Shown piece after piece: positions 12,920 to 26,164 of a stretch of DNA of 64,000 nucleotides (positions are counted from its first letter, which is position 1; each line of letters opens with the position of its first letter). Origin of the DNA: Pavona decussata (Eukaryota); assembly GCA_977016875.1 (NCBI GenBank), contig CDRNST010000070.1, positions 744,001 to 808,000 on the forward strand, written 5' to 3'. Both the position numbers and the translations under genes were made by a program. The notes beneath the pieces are model-generated. The model made no database searches, was not told the DNA's origin, and saw only the letters and a program-made list of their open reading frames with translations.

Positions 12920-14535
12920 CTACTTGCTTTTCTTTTCTAATATCTTTCTTAAGAAATATTCATGCCACCTTGTATCCTCTGTTAATTCTGGATGAAAAGC
13001 AGTTGCCATCAAATTATCCTGTGCCACCCCAACAACGACAGGTTCTTCCCTTTGGGGCCAGTCAATGGTTGCAAGAACTTCAACTTTAGGACTGTCAACT
13101 GATACCACTGCAGGTGCTCGGATAAAAACTCCATGGTAACTGGCATCGGAGTCACCGTCACTGCATCCATTTATGACACTGCCGCTATCAGAGAGAAGTT
13201 TATTATGAAGATTGACTTTCGTCTCAAAGCTGTTCACCTGGCGTCCAAAAAAATTTCTGGAGGTTGTGACATCAATGCCACCAATCTGATGAGAAAGGAA
13301 AAGAATACAAACTTAAACTTAACTAATGCAAAAAAGGTTTGGCAAATAATGGGAAGAAACATTAAAAAGCTAAGAATGTTCTTTGACTTTGAATGAGTTT
13401 AAAAGGGACCACAAATCCTCCATAATCAGTGGAGGGAACTGGGAGAAGGGGGGAGAAGAGCTGAACTTCCTGGTTAGTTGCAACTTGCCATCCCTCCCTT
13501 TCTAGCTTGCACAATAAAATTTTTTAATATATTTACTGGTAATGTTGGAAAAAATTTCTGTTTTCATGAGCCTGTGTATCTGGCAGTTTTGTTGGCGTTT
13601 GGTGGCCTGCAGCAGAGCCCATTCTTATCGCAGCTTTGCCGCTCACTTTTTATGGCTCTCCCACAGGCCACTCAACCCCAAGTAAATCGCCAGCTACACA
13701 GGCTACTGCTTCATCTGCTTCCTAATTCATTAGGATTCCTGCTTACTGTTTCCGATACCCTCTTCTCTTACATGGCCATTAACCAGTGGCCTAGAATCAA
13801 CATCCATCTTCTCAGAGACAAGAAAGATGCATACTGAGAGTTCATTCTGATGAGAGCTTCCATATAGCTATACAGCGGAAATAGGCCATAAGAGATGTTT
13901 GCTATAAAAATGTGCAGTTCCAGGAAATAAAATGAAACAACAACAAAAAAGCAATACCCCTCCCATGGAAGATTTTTTAGTGGGGCGGCAGGGGGGCGGG
14001 GTGGGAGGAAGGGGGGGGGGGGGGGTTGGCAGTGCTCACCTGCCATTGCCATGTCCAAAACATGATAGATACCCCTACAGAGTACAATGTGGGATCAATT
14101 GTACTGCTCTCAACCAATGAGACTTTTTGTTTAGTCTACAATGTATGATTCTGTGAGGAACTCTATCAGCCAACTTCATACCTTTGACTGTCCACCTTCT
14201 TTTTGAGCTTCTATGTCGTTAGACAGCAAAATCAAGCCAGCACATGTCCCCCAGATAACTTTAGGTTTCTCTTTAGAAGCGACCCATTCTTTCAACACGT
14301 CCTCAAAGTTGCTGGATTGAAGGAACAGACTCATAGTCGTACTCTCTCCTCCGGGCAGAATAAGCCCGTCTAAATCGGAGAGTTGTTCAGGCTCCTTGAC
14401 ATCGCTAACCTCAAGATCAACATCTTTGTTGAATGAGGAGTTGTTCAAGGCTTTGAGAAGGGCTGCTCTGTGCTCAAAGAAGGCGCCTTGAATTGCCAAA
14501 ACACCGATCCTCAATTTCTTACGAGTATCCACCAT
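12920..14535 (-). CDS. PDX2: PLP synthase glutaminase subunit (PdxT/SNO), 2 exons (14535-14182, 13285-12920), ~239 aa
   Basis: Motifs GVLAIQGAF, LPGGEST, WGTCAG (catalytic Cys), RNFFGRQVNSF, FIRAP and FHPEL (His/Glu of the triad). Phase-0 intron AAG|gtatga...atcag|ATT. Confidence 0.95.
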
Positions 14536-14964
14536 GTTGGGGAGTTAATAATGTTAATTAATGTTCGTCGAAGGCCATGCAAGCGTGGACAGGATTGCGT
14601 AATGCAAAATTCATTTTGCTGGGAGGGGAGGGTTAGCTTTAACAAAGCACCTAATCTATCAGCAGAACTATCCTTGCACAAAGTGATACAACTTTGGCTA
14701 AAATAGTATTTTTTAAAACGTAGAATAAAAGTGGCTTTTATTTATGTCCCTCGATGACATCGTTTGTTTTTTCTCTAGGCTTAGCATTTTTTCATCCCCT
14801 CCCCTCCCTAGGTTGATAGTCACAAACGAGCCCGCGTTATTTGAAGCTCTCATTGCACATGTGGCGATATAAGGTAAACCAGTAAAACCACGGTCTGGCA
14901 AAACTGGTGAGATACGTAGCTTCTGCGATCTATATTTTAGAAGAGTAATTTTCTTGAAAAAAAC
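14536..14964. promoter_or_regulatory. Putative bidirectional promoter shared by PDX2 and PDX1
   Basis: Only 429 bp lie between the divergent ATGs (14535 minus, 14965 plus), with no recognisable repeat insertion in this interval although the flanking introns are repeat-rich. Confidence 0.6.
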
Positions 14965-15837
14965 ATGTCTAATACTGTCGCAGTCCCGACTGTAAACGGC
15001 GTGGCCAACGGTGAGTTTTTCAGTTACCACATTAGTGCAGTAGACTTGTTTGTAGAGTTCTTAAAAACTTCACAAGTTTGTAGTTTTCCAAGGCTCCCTA
15101 CATATGATCGAGAAAGTTGTAGTTCAAATTGTGACTTTCGCGTTGAACAGCAGGGCCAATTTATCGACAAATCAAACCGGCGGCTAACGCAGAACAATAA
15201 TGAAAATTACATGTCGCACTTTCGTCTAGCTTGGATCTTTAAACTAATTAAAGACGTGTTTGCTTGTGTGTTGCTTTCTACGAAATCTTTATAGTGAAGC
15301 TAAAACGCGTTGTCATTTATAATAAGGCTCCCTTGTACGCTCTCCTCTCAGTTGTTGCTGTTTTTTTTTTTTGCTCGGTTATATATGAAATATTGACCTC
15401 CAGCTAAATTTAGTTGGTACTCTTGCATAACAATCGCACAAAGAGCTAGACCGCGGTGAAATTTCGTCTGTAAGCTTAAGTGCTTTAATTCTGTTGACTT
15501 ATTTCCCGTTTAGGCGTAATATAATCCACCTTTTTATTGTTATTTGTTCATGAAATTTAACAAGAAAAATATCTAAAACTAAAGGAGGAGAAGAAAGTTC
15601 CAAGATTTTGTAATAATTTGTTATGCAATTCTCTAAGACATGTCACTGTCTACATGTATATAATTACCATGTAATTATGTAACTATGTAATTAATTATGC
15701 AAGCATTGAATTTATAAAGCACCGTGCATAATTCATGACATGTTAGATATAGAACAACTTCAATTTAAAGTTATGCCCAATTTACATGGAAAAAAGTTGT
15801 CCCAGTTAGAAGGGTCACTCGCCTACCCGAGCTACCG

Positions 15838-15868
<31 letters not shown>

Positions 15869-18800
15869 GGAAGGGTGACCCGCCTAGCCGGGTCACCCTT
15901 TTTCGATGGAAGGGGTCACCCTCCTAGCGGAGCCAAGTTTTCTCCATGTAAACACTTTGGCTCGCCCTGCCGGGTAAACTCCATCAAGGCAAGATTATCA
16001 GAGCATTTGCGAGCACTGTTGGCTCGGGCAAAGGGGTCAACTTTTTTCTGACAGTTAATCGCTCGCTGCAGTTGACTCGGCTAGGAAGGTGACCCTCTTT
16101 CCCAGAACAACTCTTCTCCATATAAAAGGGGCCTTAGTTTCCAATGTGGGTCTTTTTCTCATGTTGAATCCATTTAGTTTGAGAGAGCAGGCACTTTTCC
16201 TGGATTTTGTTTTACTCACCAAGAAAAGGTTGTCTACAAAACCAAGGCGACAAATTATTTCTGCTGACAGACCAATTCAAATTATTGATGGAATAGGATG
16301 AGTTAGTGCACTTATGAGGGTGTGATCAGCACTAACATAGACATCCAGTAAACAATGGAAAATTTAAGCCTGTGAGGATACTCCTTAGAATTTTTTGTGA
16401 GGGTGTGCAGCTCGGTTCTCCAAACCCTGATCCTATTTCCAACCAAAGTATATAATTTCCAGTAGCCTTTCTCATATGTGACTTCCAGAATTCATACCCA
16501 TCCTCAGGTACTGTTGCTAGAATGCATACCAGCTTTCAGACTTTTGAATTCAAACTATAGTTAAAATTTATACCTGTTTTCAGATTAAAATGACTCAAAA
16601 CCCATACCCTTTTGCATTTCACATACCAATATAGATTTAATAGGTGAGTCCTCCCGCACGAGCTTACGCCAAACAAAATGTTTGTACAGTTTAATTTAAT
16701 TTAAAGAAGAGCGAATCTGACAAATATGACAAAAACCATAGCTATGACTGAAACAGACTGTCAGCCTTCAGTAAAAGTTGCTTTTAAATGATTGTATTGC
16801 TTCCACTTTTGTTGTTTTAGGCTTAGAACTAGAGGTCAGCAATCTTTCTTTGAACAGAAGAGCAGCAGAGAAAAGTACCAAGGATGTCGTACCATTGCAC
16901 AAGACAGGTAAGCATTTTTTGCCCTGAATTTATGGTGAGATGCACCATTTCACTCAGAGCTAGAATTAGCAAAATTATCGGACACATGAGAAATGGGAAG
17001 GGTGGTGGACTAGTGGTCTCATGGTTTAGTGCATAATGGACAAGGTAAATTTTCTATGAGCAAATTGACATTGGGACTGGCTATTCACAGAACAATTCCA
17101 AAGTGCCACGCAGCTCACCGGTATTTTGCCATTAATTGTTTTATTCACAGAGCACAATGATATGCTTTTTTTTCCTTTTTGAGTGTGCCAAAACTGTTAT
17201 TTTTAACCACTAACAGGAACTTTCAAGGTCAAAGCTGGATTGGCACAGATGGCTAAGGGTGGAATTATTATGGATGTCACTACTGCAGAGCAAGCGAAAA
17301 TTGCTGAGAATGCTGGGGTATGTTTTACACGTACTAAACCTTTCCAGTCTCTGTTGAACCCTGAAGGTATAACACTTCCAAGGATTTGGTTGGCACTCTT
17401 TATTTATTGGATTTAAACTAAGAATGTTCACAGATACAGCCATGAATTGCCCATTCAAAAAACTTCATCTATGAGGAATCTGGGTACAAATTATGCAAAG
17501 GGATATCCGTGAAAGTTTTTAAAACAGACAAACAGAGATAAGCTGCGATATGAACACAGTTTTGAGTGCAGGAGCAGACATTCTTTTTGGAGCTATGTTT
17601 CTGGGAACATGGCAACTCCAATGCTTTGGCCCTTCTGGTCCCATGATTTTCCTTTCTCACAATTAAATAATTAATGATGCCAGAAATCATAGCAGTGTAA
17701 GTTTGTGCCCAGACTCCACACAAGGCAATACAAAAGTGCTAAACTTGGAGATTCTGAAGGTGGAACAATATTGTCAAAAATCAAGGCATAGAGCAGGTGT
17801 TTGAGACCTGCATTGTTCAAGTAGACTGCAAATTATGTGCTGTAAGGCACAGAGTTGAAATATATCACCCTCGTTTGGGGGATGAGTATACACACTAACA
17901 CAGTGAACATCCTTATCATAAGTACTTTGAAAATTAATGGTAACTGTATCCCAACAGGCCTGTGCTGTGATGTCTTTGGAGAGAGTTCCAGCTGATATCC
18001 GCAAACAGGGGGGTGTGGCAAGAATGACAGATCCCAAGGTATAGTGGGTTCCTGTAGTGTCTTTTTTGTAACTCATGAATAGATTTCTGATGCCTGCAAT
18101 TGCTTTTGATTGAAACTTATAATTATGGTCAGTGATTTTCAGACTTAAAAATGTTGGGATTTGAGTTGCAAGTGTTTGTTGTCCTTAAACCCCGTAGAGC
18201 CAGTCCAGAAGAGGCTTGGAGAGATCCTATTCTTCCTAATACCTGTAGCTACATCTATCCCCAAAGGCATAAACATCATCTCGCCCACCACCTCACCCCC
18301 CCCCCCCCCCCTCTTCCAGGTCTCAGGTTAGTTGGCAAGGCTGTCTCAGTCTTAACCCAGCTGTAGGTAATGAGTGAGCCATAAAATCAATCAATCAACT
18401 TTGTTTAAGGAGGGTGACACTTAACAGTCTGGGGTTACAACTGACAAACGTGTGGCCCTCAGATTCCAGATCAAATTTGGTTTTTGAGGAGAGGGGAAAA
18501 CCAGAGAATCCAGAGAAAAACCTCTTGAAGAAAGGATGAGAACCATCAACAAACTCAACCCACATACCGGTATAATGCTGAGTCGGTGAATCGAACCCAG
18601 GCCACATTGGTGCATGGCAAGTGCTCTCACCACTGTGCCATTCCTGTACCCCATGCAAGTGCATCTTCTAATAATACTGTATAGTAACAACACTTTACTT
18701 TTGTTTTGTAGAGGACAAAAGAAATCATGACTGCTGTCACCATACCTGTGATGGCCAAGGCAAGGATTGGACACTTTGCTGAGGCACAGATCCTAGAGGC

Positions 18801-21800
18801 AATTGGTGTTGACATGATTGACGAGTCAGAAGGTTAGCCTCATGTCACTTGTAGTGACTGTCTTTATTGTGCAACTCCAGAAAATAACCATACAGTCATA
18901 AGTTTTTTGCTTTACACCCCCTCCCCCAGGAAATTCCAGTTAAGCTTCATAATTTGCTTCTAAAAGCTTTTAAGACCCCCCTTCATGTAGGAATTTTCAA
19001 TGACCTTCCATGGGGTGGGTATGGATTTTGTCTGGAACTTCAAATTGACATTTGAGATACATTTATTTTCCAGTCAACATCAACTTAACAGGGTTGTTTT
19101 CTGTCTTTTTCTTCTGTCTTAATGAATCTTGAATTTTCCCTGGAAAAAAAAAATGTATTTTTTTTCCTTTCCCTTATAAATTGTTCATACCCTGCTGTGT
19201 GCATGTTCTTTGGGCTTGTGACAGGTCCTTCCCTGAGAATGTCTGCTCAACAGAGTAACAGCTTCTTCTCTGAATTTGCTATTTATTGTAACCAATTGAA
19301 AAAGCCAATCAGCACTACATTGGAATTTAATCCAACATATAATGGGCAATTCCAGAAAATATCCATACCCAACCACGGACGGCTTCCATGTTTTAACCCC
19401 CCCTTGCCTTCGGAAATTCCAAAATGCGTTACCCCCCCATGCCCTCAGAATTCCATAATCGTGAACCCCCCCTCCCCTTCAGAATTTCCGGTTTTTCTGG
19501 GAAGTACATTTTCGATTTTAGCAACGCCTATATGAACAAACGAACATGAATTTATGCCTCCTCAGGGCTGCGATCTAGCTGCGCTAGGCAACAAGCTTTA
19601 CTCTTCAACAAGAAAAACCTACCGCTAGTGGCCAGGCCGTGAAATGGTCTTTTCAAGTCCGAATTTGGCTATAATAATAAACACCATTTACGGCAGTTTT
19701 ACTCCTCTTTGTTTTATTGTGCCATTCAACTCCTTTAGGAAAAGTAGGAAACTAGAACAATGCATTGGATGAAAACAAAAATTATTTCTTTTCACCCCTT
19801 GTTTTATACCCGCACAAAATCCATGCTTCAGTCGGCTTCAGTTTCTGAACCAAAAATTCAATTAAATAAAATTGTATCTGTGATTCCAGGCGCTATCAAG
19901 AGAAAACTTGTGGTTTCAATTACCACATTACGAATACCTAGTATTAACTATTTCAAACGCTTTTAGCGAGGAAGAAGAAAATTACCGATTGTCAACTACA
20001 TTGAAAACAACTTTATGCAAATTTATCAGTGATATGTGATGCGCGTCTTGAATGTTCGATTCCACGTGCCCGAGTCCCTCACGAGTAAACATACATCGTT
20101 GCTGTTTTGTAATTATCTACTTTATTTACAAAATGTTACTGAAAAAAGTAGCAGTCATTAACCCTCATACAAGAGCAGCCTTCCAATCGATCGACTCTTA
20201 CGCCGGAGCACGTGGACAAGATTGCGGCTTTTTCGCGGAATGTAACACGATCGCTTCTGAAATATCTTCGCTGCGCAAGCAGTACGCTGTGCAAGATTAT
20301 ACTTGATTGTACTTGAATCTTTCAAATGAAAACTTCGGAAAAAGCATTTCCTTTTTTAAAAACGTACAACGTCTACGGTAAAATTCGGCAAGGAACCGGG
20401 GAAACTTCAACGTGGCCGCTCGCTTGCCTTTGAGCAGACTTTGTTTACATCTTTGGCGTAGCGTTACAAATTTGCATAAATATTATCGAGATCATCGAAT
20501 CTCAAAAGGCGATGTCACGTTTTCTTCATTTCAAATCGTAACCGTGTCTTCCTCTCAAAGATGACTACCTGTCCACTTAACCCAGTAATAAACAGTGAAG
20601 GAAGCGATATTAAAGGATTGCACCTTTTTCGGCCGCTGTTTCACAAGCTGAGAATGGAAACACGCGCGATCGCTACCAGTACGCTGCACATAATTATGCT
20701 TGATTGTACTTTAATCTTTCGAATCAAACCTTTGAAAACAGCATTTCCTTGATTAAAAAACGAGCAAAGGCCCCCCCATGCCCTCAGAATTCCATAATCG
20801 TGAACCCCCCCTCCCCTTCGGAATTCCATAATCGTGAACCCCCCCTCCCCTTCGGAAATCCTAAAAGCCGTCCGTGGTATGGTATGGATATTTTCTGGAA
20901 TCGCCCAATGCAAAATATATAGGTAGTGTGCTCTAAACAAAATTTGGAACTAAACGAGATGTCTTGATAAGAGTCCAGGCAAATTGTTTTCAGGTAAGGA
21001 TTTTCATACCTTGGACAATTACCAGATTTTGCTTGGAATACACTAAACGAAATACTGTAAGTTAACAATGTTCAATAATTGGATTAAATACTGATAATGC
21101 TTTGTAAATTTTTCCAACAGTGTTGACTGCTGCTGATGAGTCTCACCACATTGATAAACACAAGTTTACAGTTCCTTTCGTCTGTGGAGCAAGAGATCTC
21201 GGAGAAGCACTCAGAAGGATTGCAGAGGGAGCAGCTATGATCAGGACTAAGGGACAGGCTGGGACAGGTGAGAGTGGCTTAAAATGTCCCCACCCACTCC
21301 TCCCTCCCAGCATCCCATCCCACCACCACACCCACTGTTACCACAGTTGAACCCTTTTGTATCAGATCAGCCTAATTTAAAAATAAAATTAAGTTTTTCA
21401 TGGTTAAGTTACTTGTTACTATTGCAAGAAATTAAATAAATAAATTAATAAATAAATAAGTAAATAGAGGATGTAATTTTGTTTTTATCATACAGACAAT
21501 CTCTTGCTCGCTATTTTTCACCGACTGTTTGCACAAACAACCATGATAAAAAGGGAAATGACGTTATCAATATCCTCATGAGTGAGGATATGGAAAATAC
21601 GTCACTTGTGTGTCCCAGGTGTTGTTTTGAATGAATTTTGTGAGTGATGATCCAGTAAAACACTCATATCTATATAATAAGTAAAAACATTTAGTAGGGC
21701 TGTCATAAGTAGCCAGTAACCGACTTTTATGGGTGGCAACTACTGTGAAGATGACCAGCTAATCAGAGTTTGAAAGAGACCAAAAGACAGCAGTCAAATG

Positions 21801-23424
21801 AATTATATGGCCAGCTACTTTTCCTGAAGAGCTGGCTTCTTCAAAAGCTTAATGACAACCCTACTTTTACTACCTTGAATTTGCGGGTCACTGCTTAAAC
21901 ATGTAACGTTGCTGTAAATTGTGTACAGTTGCATATGTGGGTCAATACATGATATAATATTTAATTGTGAAAATTGCAAACATTTAATGGCAATTGTTAT
22001 CGAGGTACACCTTATTTGCTAAAACTATCTTTTAACATTCTCAAAGTGTGATATTTATAACTATTTTTAACTTGAAGGTGATGTTGCTGAAGCTGTTCGT
22101 CATGCCAGAACCATACGCAGTCAAATTCGCCATGCACAATCATTGGACTCAGCTGAACTGTTCTCTTATGCAAAAGAGCTGAGGGTTCCGTTTGAGCTTC
22201 TTCAAAAGACTGCTGAGATGGGTCGCTTACCTGTAGTAAACTTTGCTGCTGGAGGTCTTGGTAAGTTTTACTTTGGACTTACATGTGCTCATAAGCAAAA
22301 ATCCACCTGAGCAAATATGATTATGGGGTCATAAAAACCTAATGCAAGCCCTTCCAAAAATAATCTTCCCAAAACTTACGTAGTGCTCCCAATCTTGGAT
22401 AGATGATCACAGATGCAAGCATCCTTCCAATAATTAGCCCTTTGCCTGAATAATTATAAGCCTGCAGACTGTAACTCTTTAAGCTCCAATAGCGAACAGC
22501 GTCTAATTTCTCCCTACAATACCACTGCATGATCAAACATGTAAGTCATGGAGAATAAAGGAAATGATCACCAAAGATAAAATGTCTTGTGTTCAAATAA
22601 AAAAGAAATTCTCCCAACTAGTATCACAAGAAATGTTTGTTTTTCGATATTTGGACTGACAGGGTAAAGGTTAGCTGTCTTAAAGGGAGGGGTTCTGCGC
22701 ATGTCCATGAATCAAAATACTTTTTCGCCTTTGCTCGCTATGACCCAAGCCTGTGTAAGTTAATTCGTTTATGAACCATTCAGAAGGGAATAGGTAAGTC
22801 GGGTGGTAATTTTTTCATGTGATTGCGTTATTTCGCATGCAAATAACTCTAAACACATTAACCGTGGAATAAATCCTACGGGTCAACACTAAATTCAATA
22901 TTGACAATATGAGTACAATCCACTAGCATTTTCTGTGAATTTTGGTCATCAGACATTTTGCTTGGACTAATTATAGAATGTGATCACTGAAGTATATGTG
23001 AGTGGGATTTTTAAGGCCATTTAAGAGAAAAAATCATTTAGATTCATGCACGTGGACTGAAACGTAAACTGCTCCCGTTTAAACAGTCTTTTGTCAAGCT
23101 AAACCAACTTGAAAGTGAACAGCCCCTCTAACAATAAGTTACCAAAAACACAAACCGTCCTTGAAAATGAGCTCTAATATGTCAATTTGTTTTTGCCGCA
23201 CATGTACAGCCACTCCAGCAGACGTGGCGCTTCTGATGCAGCTTGGTGTGGATGGCGTCTTTGTTGGATCGGGAATTTTCAAGAGTGACAATCCCACGAA
23301 GAGGGCCTGGGCAATGGCTCAAGCTGTCACTCATTACAACAACCCCAAGAAGCTCGCCGAGCTTAGCGAGGACTTGGGAGAGGCGATGTTTGGAACACCA
23401 GTCAGTGATGTCAAACACAAGTGA
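14965..23424 (+). CDS. PDX1: PLP synthase synthase subunit (PdxS/SNZ), 8 exons (14965-15010, 16821-16907, 17217-17317, 17958-18038, 18712-18832, 21121-21267, 22078-22260, 23210-23424), ~326 aa
   Basis: All exons join in frame at GT-AG sites (981 nt total). Motifs [92 protein letters not shown]. The first two exons are inferred from splice-phase fit only. Confidence 0.93.
15771..16136. mobile_element. MITE, PIF/Harbinger-like, in PDX1 intron 1
   Basis: Imperfect TIRs (GCCCAATTTACATGG / CCATATAAAAGGGGC), TTA flanks and internal AAGGGTCACCC repeats. Confidence 0.55.
18385..18652 (-). mobile_element. tRNA-derived SINE in PDX1 intron 4
   Basis: On the minus strand: A box TGGCACAGTGG, B box GGTTCGATTC, central GGTTTTTCTCTGGATTCTCTGGTTTTCCCCTC block and a (GATT)n tail. 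Confidence 0.8.
19344..20906. mobile_element. 1.56-kb non-autonomous TIR element (PIF/Harbinger-like) in PDX1 intron 5
   Basis: TIRs GGGCAATTCCAGAAAATATCCATACC / GGTATGGATATTTTCTGGAATCGCCC, AAT on both flanks, subterminal repeats GAATTCCATAATCGTGAACCCCCC. Short relatives at ~18869-19040 and 25283-25469. Confidence 0.85.
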
Positions 23425-25282
23425 AGTCTTGGCCAGCTTTAATAGTGTGTACTTAGTGCCTTAGGAGGCCAAATATAAATTTTAGTGAAAGTAATAGGAT
23501 GTTGGTCCAAAACACTTGAAGTCAGAGTGGTAGAATAAATTATGTCAGTTAGAAGAAGTGATAAAGATGGGTAATATTAGTTTTACTGGGGTTTACAATG
23601 CTGCACGTTGTACCATTGGTCTTAGTGAACTCTTTTGTAATGACCTCTTGGTTAGACTTTAGCATGACTCTTTTTTTGGTTGGCCAATCAAATCCAAGTT
23701 ATGTGAGAGGTGTTTATAGAGTAATCAAGGAACTTAACAACTCCACCTTCCACAGTTGGGATACCCAGCTAGCAAAAAGTTGTCAAAAAGATGGAATAAA
23801 AATTATGTCATGTTATGTCAATGCCATGTGGTAACAGTATATTGCAGAGTACTGTGAAGGGTCAAAGTTGGGCAGCTTACATTTTATTTATAGTATTTCC
23901 AGAATATGTTAGTAGTGTCATGTTTAAAATGGTATATTTAATGGACACTTGTGGTAGTTGTTATTCCTTTCATTTCTAATAATTGGTTTTCCTCATGACC
24001 TAACAATATTCCAGATGTAATTCTAGAGTTCACCTTTATCCAGTTTGCTTTGTAAAAACACTTACACTACCGATTACACCTTGCTGCAATTTGTCACTCC
24101 ATTGCCGATTCAACTTCATCTCTGTTCCCTGCATTCTTGAGTCACTTTGATAGGCAAGCACAGCTTGAGGAAGGGAACTCCCCAGTTCTCCTCTAACCAA
24201 GCTTGTTTTGGTCGTGATTAGCAACCCTCTCAACTTTCAAGAGAGGTGCTGTTACCAGTCTAGATCTCTCACACACAGTAGCTCGACAGGCATTTATTTA
24301 TTACTTTCACTTGTCTTTAATTTATTAAATCTGTTACAATAATTTGGTACATGTAAAGGTACATGTAATATCACTTGGTGTACTGTATTAGCTAGACCAA
24401 CCTTAAAATTATTGAAAAAGAACATTGATACAATAATATCAGTAGTTAAATGATCAATGTTGACATTCATTTTGAATTAAAGCATTTCAGTAAATTTTTA
24501 ACTAGTTGGGAGTTGATGATAATAAATCACGTTTTTTTTTATATGGATTTGTTTATTTATTCTTTCATTTATATCTGGCAAGATTCAACAATAAAATGCA
24601 AAAAAGGAATGGTGCATTGATAAATCGTTGTATTTTGCTGTATTTCTTTTTCACTACTAAAATACTATGTTATTGGCCTCTTGTAAACAACATTCATTAT
24701 TCTCTGTAATACCAGCGCACTTACAAATTTCATGTAGTTCTTTTTTTAACAACACTGAAGGTGTGGGAAATTTTTCTTTTCTTTTAATAAATACAAATTA
24801 ATTTATAACAAACTGATAAATACATAATATCTCCTTCACAAATTGAGGGAGTCATTCCTATCTAAAATTGATGGATTAATCCCCACATCCTTATGGGACC
24901 TGCTTAGGATGTCCAAATGTGAACGACCGCTGTATGAGAGTTATCCCAGTACCTTGTTCAGTATTTGTCTGAAAAACGTAAGACCGGACAATTTGTTTCA
25001 AAGAATAGGCCATTTTCATGGTGTGTCATTTTACTACAACTACCAGAATTAATCTTGGTTTCTGCTTCAGTCAAATTTTTTGTAATTCCCGAAGGGAGTA
25101 AATAAACTGCAAAAATGACCACGTCACCAAGATTACTCTACATTTTGATAATTGACTGTTTTCTGTTTCTCAGTGAAGTGTATTAGTTTTGCGCTGACAT
25201 CAATGGCCAGAATTATTTTGCACTATTCTTGTCTATTTCCTAATTCTTTTGAGGAAATGTAAAACTCAAATCCGATACTTAT

Positions 25283-25469
25283 GTGCAGTTCCAGAAAATA
25301 TCCATACTCCCCCCACAGAAGGCTTTTTGTTTTGCACCCCCCGTTCGCCAGGAAATTCAAGTTTAGCTTCATAATTTGCTTCTAAAATTTTGACTTTTAA
25401 GACCCTCCTCCCCCTAGGAATTTCTGATGACCTTCCATGGGGTGGGTGTGGAATTTTCTGGAACTGCAC
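25283..25469. mobile_element. MITE (GTGCAGTTCCAGAAAAT TIR) containing the duplication breakpoint
   Basis: TIRs read directly. Only the right half reappears at 31816-31909. Confidence 0.8.
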
Positions 25470-25472
25470 AAT

Positions 25473-25707
25473 CGGCCATTTTACAGTTGCTTACTCAGTG
25501 ACGGGGCCTATTAATGGTAGCGAGGCTGCCGGTGACCATGTATTGATACAGACCTCACTGTTTTTATCATGTAAATTGTGTTGTTGTGATGCAAGCTAGC
25601 CCGAATTTGCATAAGAAAAGTAAAGAGATTTGTATCAAAACAAGGTCACCGGCAGCCTCGCTTCCAGCGATATGCCAGGTAACACAGCAACAACTGTAAA
25701 ATGGTCT
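25473..25707. mobile_element. MITE present only in duplication unit 1
   Basis: TIRs GGCCATTTTACAGTTG / CAACTGTAAAATGGTC with AT flanks. Empty site at ~31909-31913. Confidence 0.8.
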
Positions 25708-25902
25708 ATTACCCTTTGCGATAAATATGGACCTAAATTTCTCTTACTAGCAGTTCTAATTACCTTGAGAAAACAGAAAGCTACAGGATCCTGGAGACTG
25801 TGGTCAAATTATGCCATAATGGCATTGTCCTATTAGTGTCCCTTGGGTTAAATATAAACTTGAGCAGCCCACAAAATAAGATTCTGGTACCTTTCCCTTT
25901 AA

Positions 25903-26050
25903 CCCATAATATCAAAGAACAAATTCTCCTTTCTTGTCCCCATACTTTTCTTATAAAAAAACTGGGGAGAAGTCGTTTTTTAATAATCAAGAGTAAGTAT
26001 TGATATTAAAAGGAGAAATTTGATCTTGATCACTCCTAGGGCTTAAAGGG
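25903..26050. mobile_element. piggyBac-like MITE (TTAA CCC...GGG TTAA); longer copy at 33187-33390
   Basis: TTAA flanks and CCC/GGG ends. Present in both duplication units, so it predates the duplication. Confidence 0.65.
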
Positions 26051-26164
26051 TTAAGGGGGTGCTTTTAGATTTTCTTATAATCATCCACATCACTTCTGTA
26101 TAAGCCTTTTTCCTGCCTTTGAAGGATGACTACTTGAAGAAGTACAGTTGTTTTCTGAGTATTT

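Noticed and set aside
18560-18652. Third tRNA gene on the minus strand
   Set aside because: A/B boxes are present but there is no full cloverleaf, and the sequence continues into a SINE body and tail.
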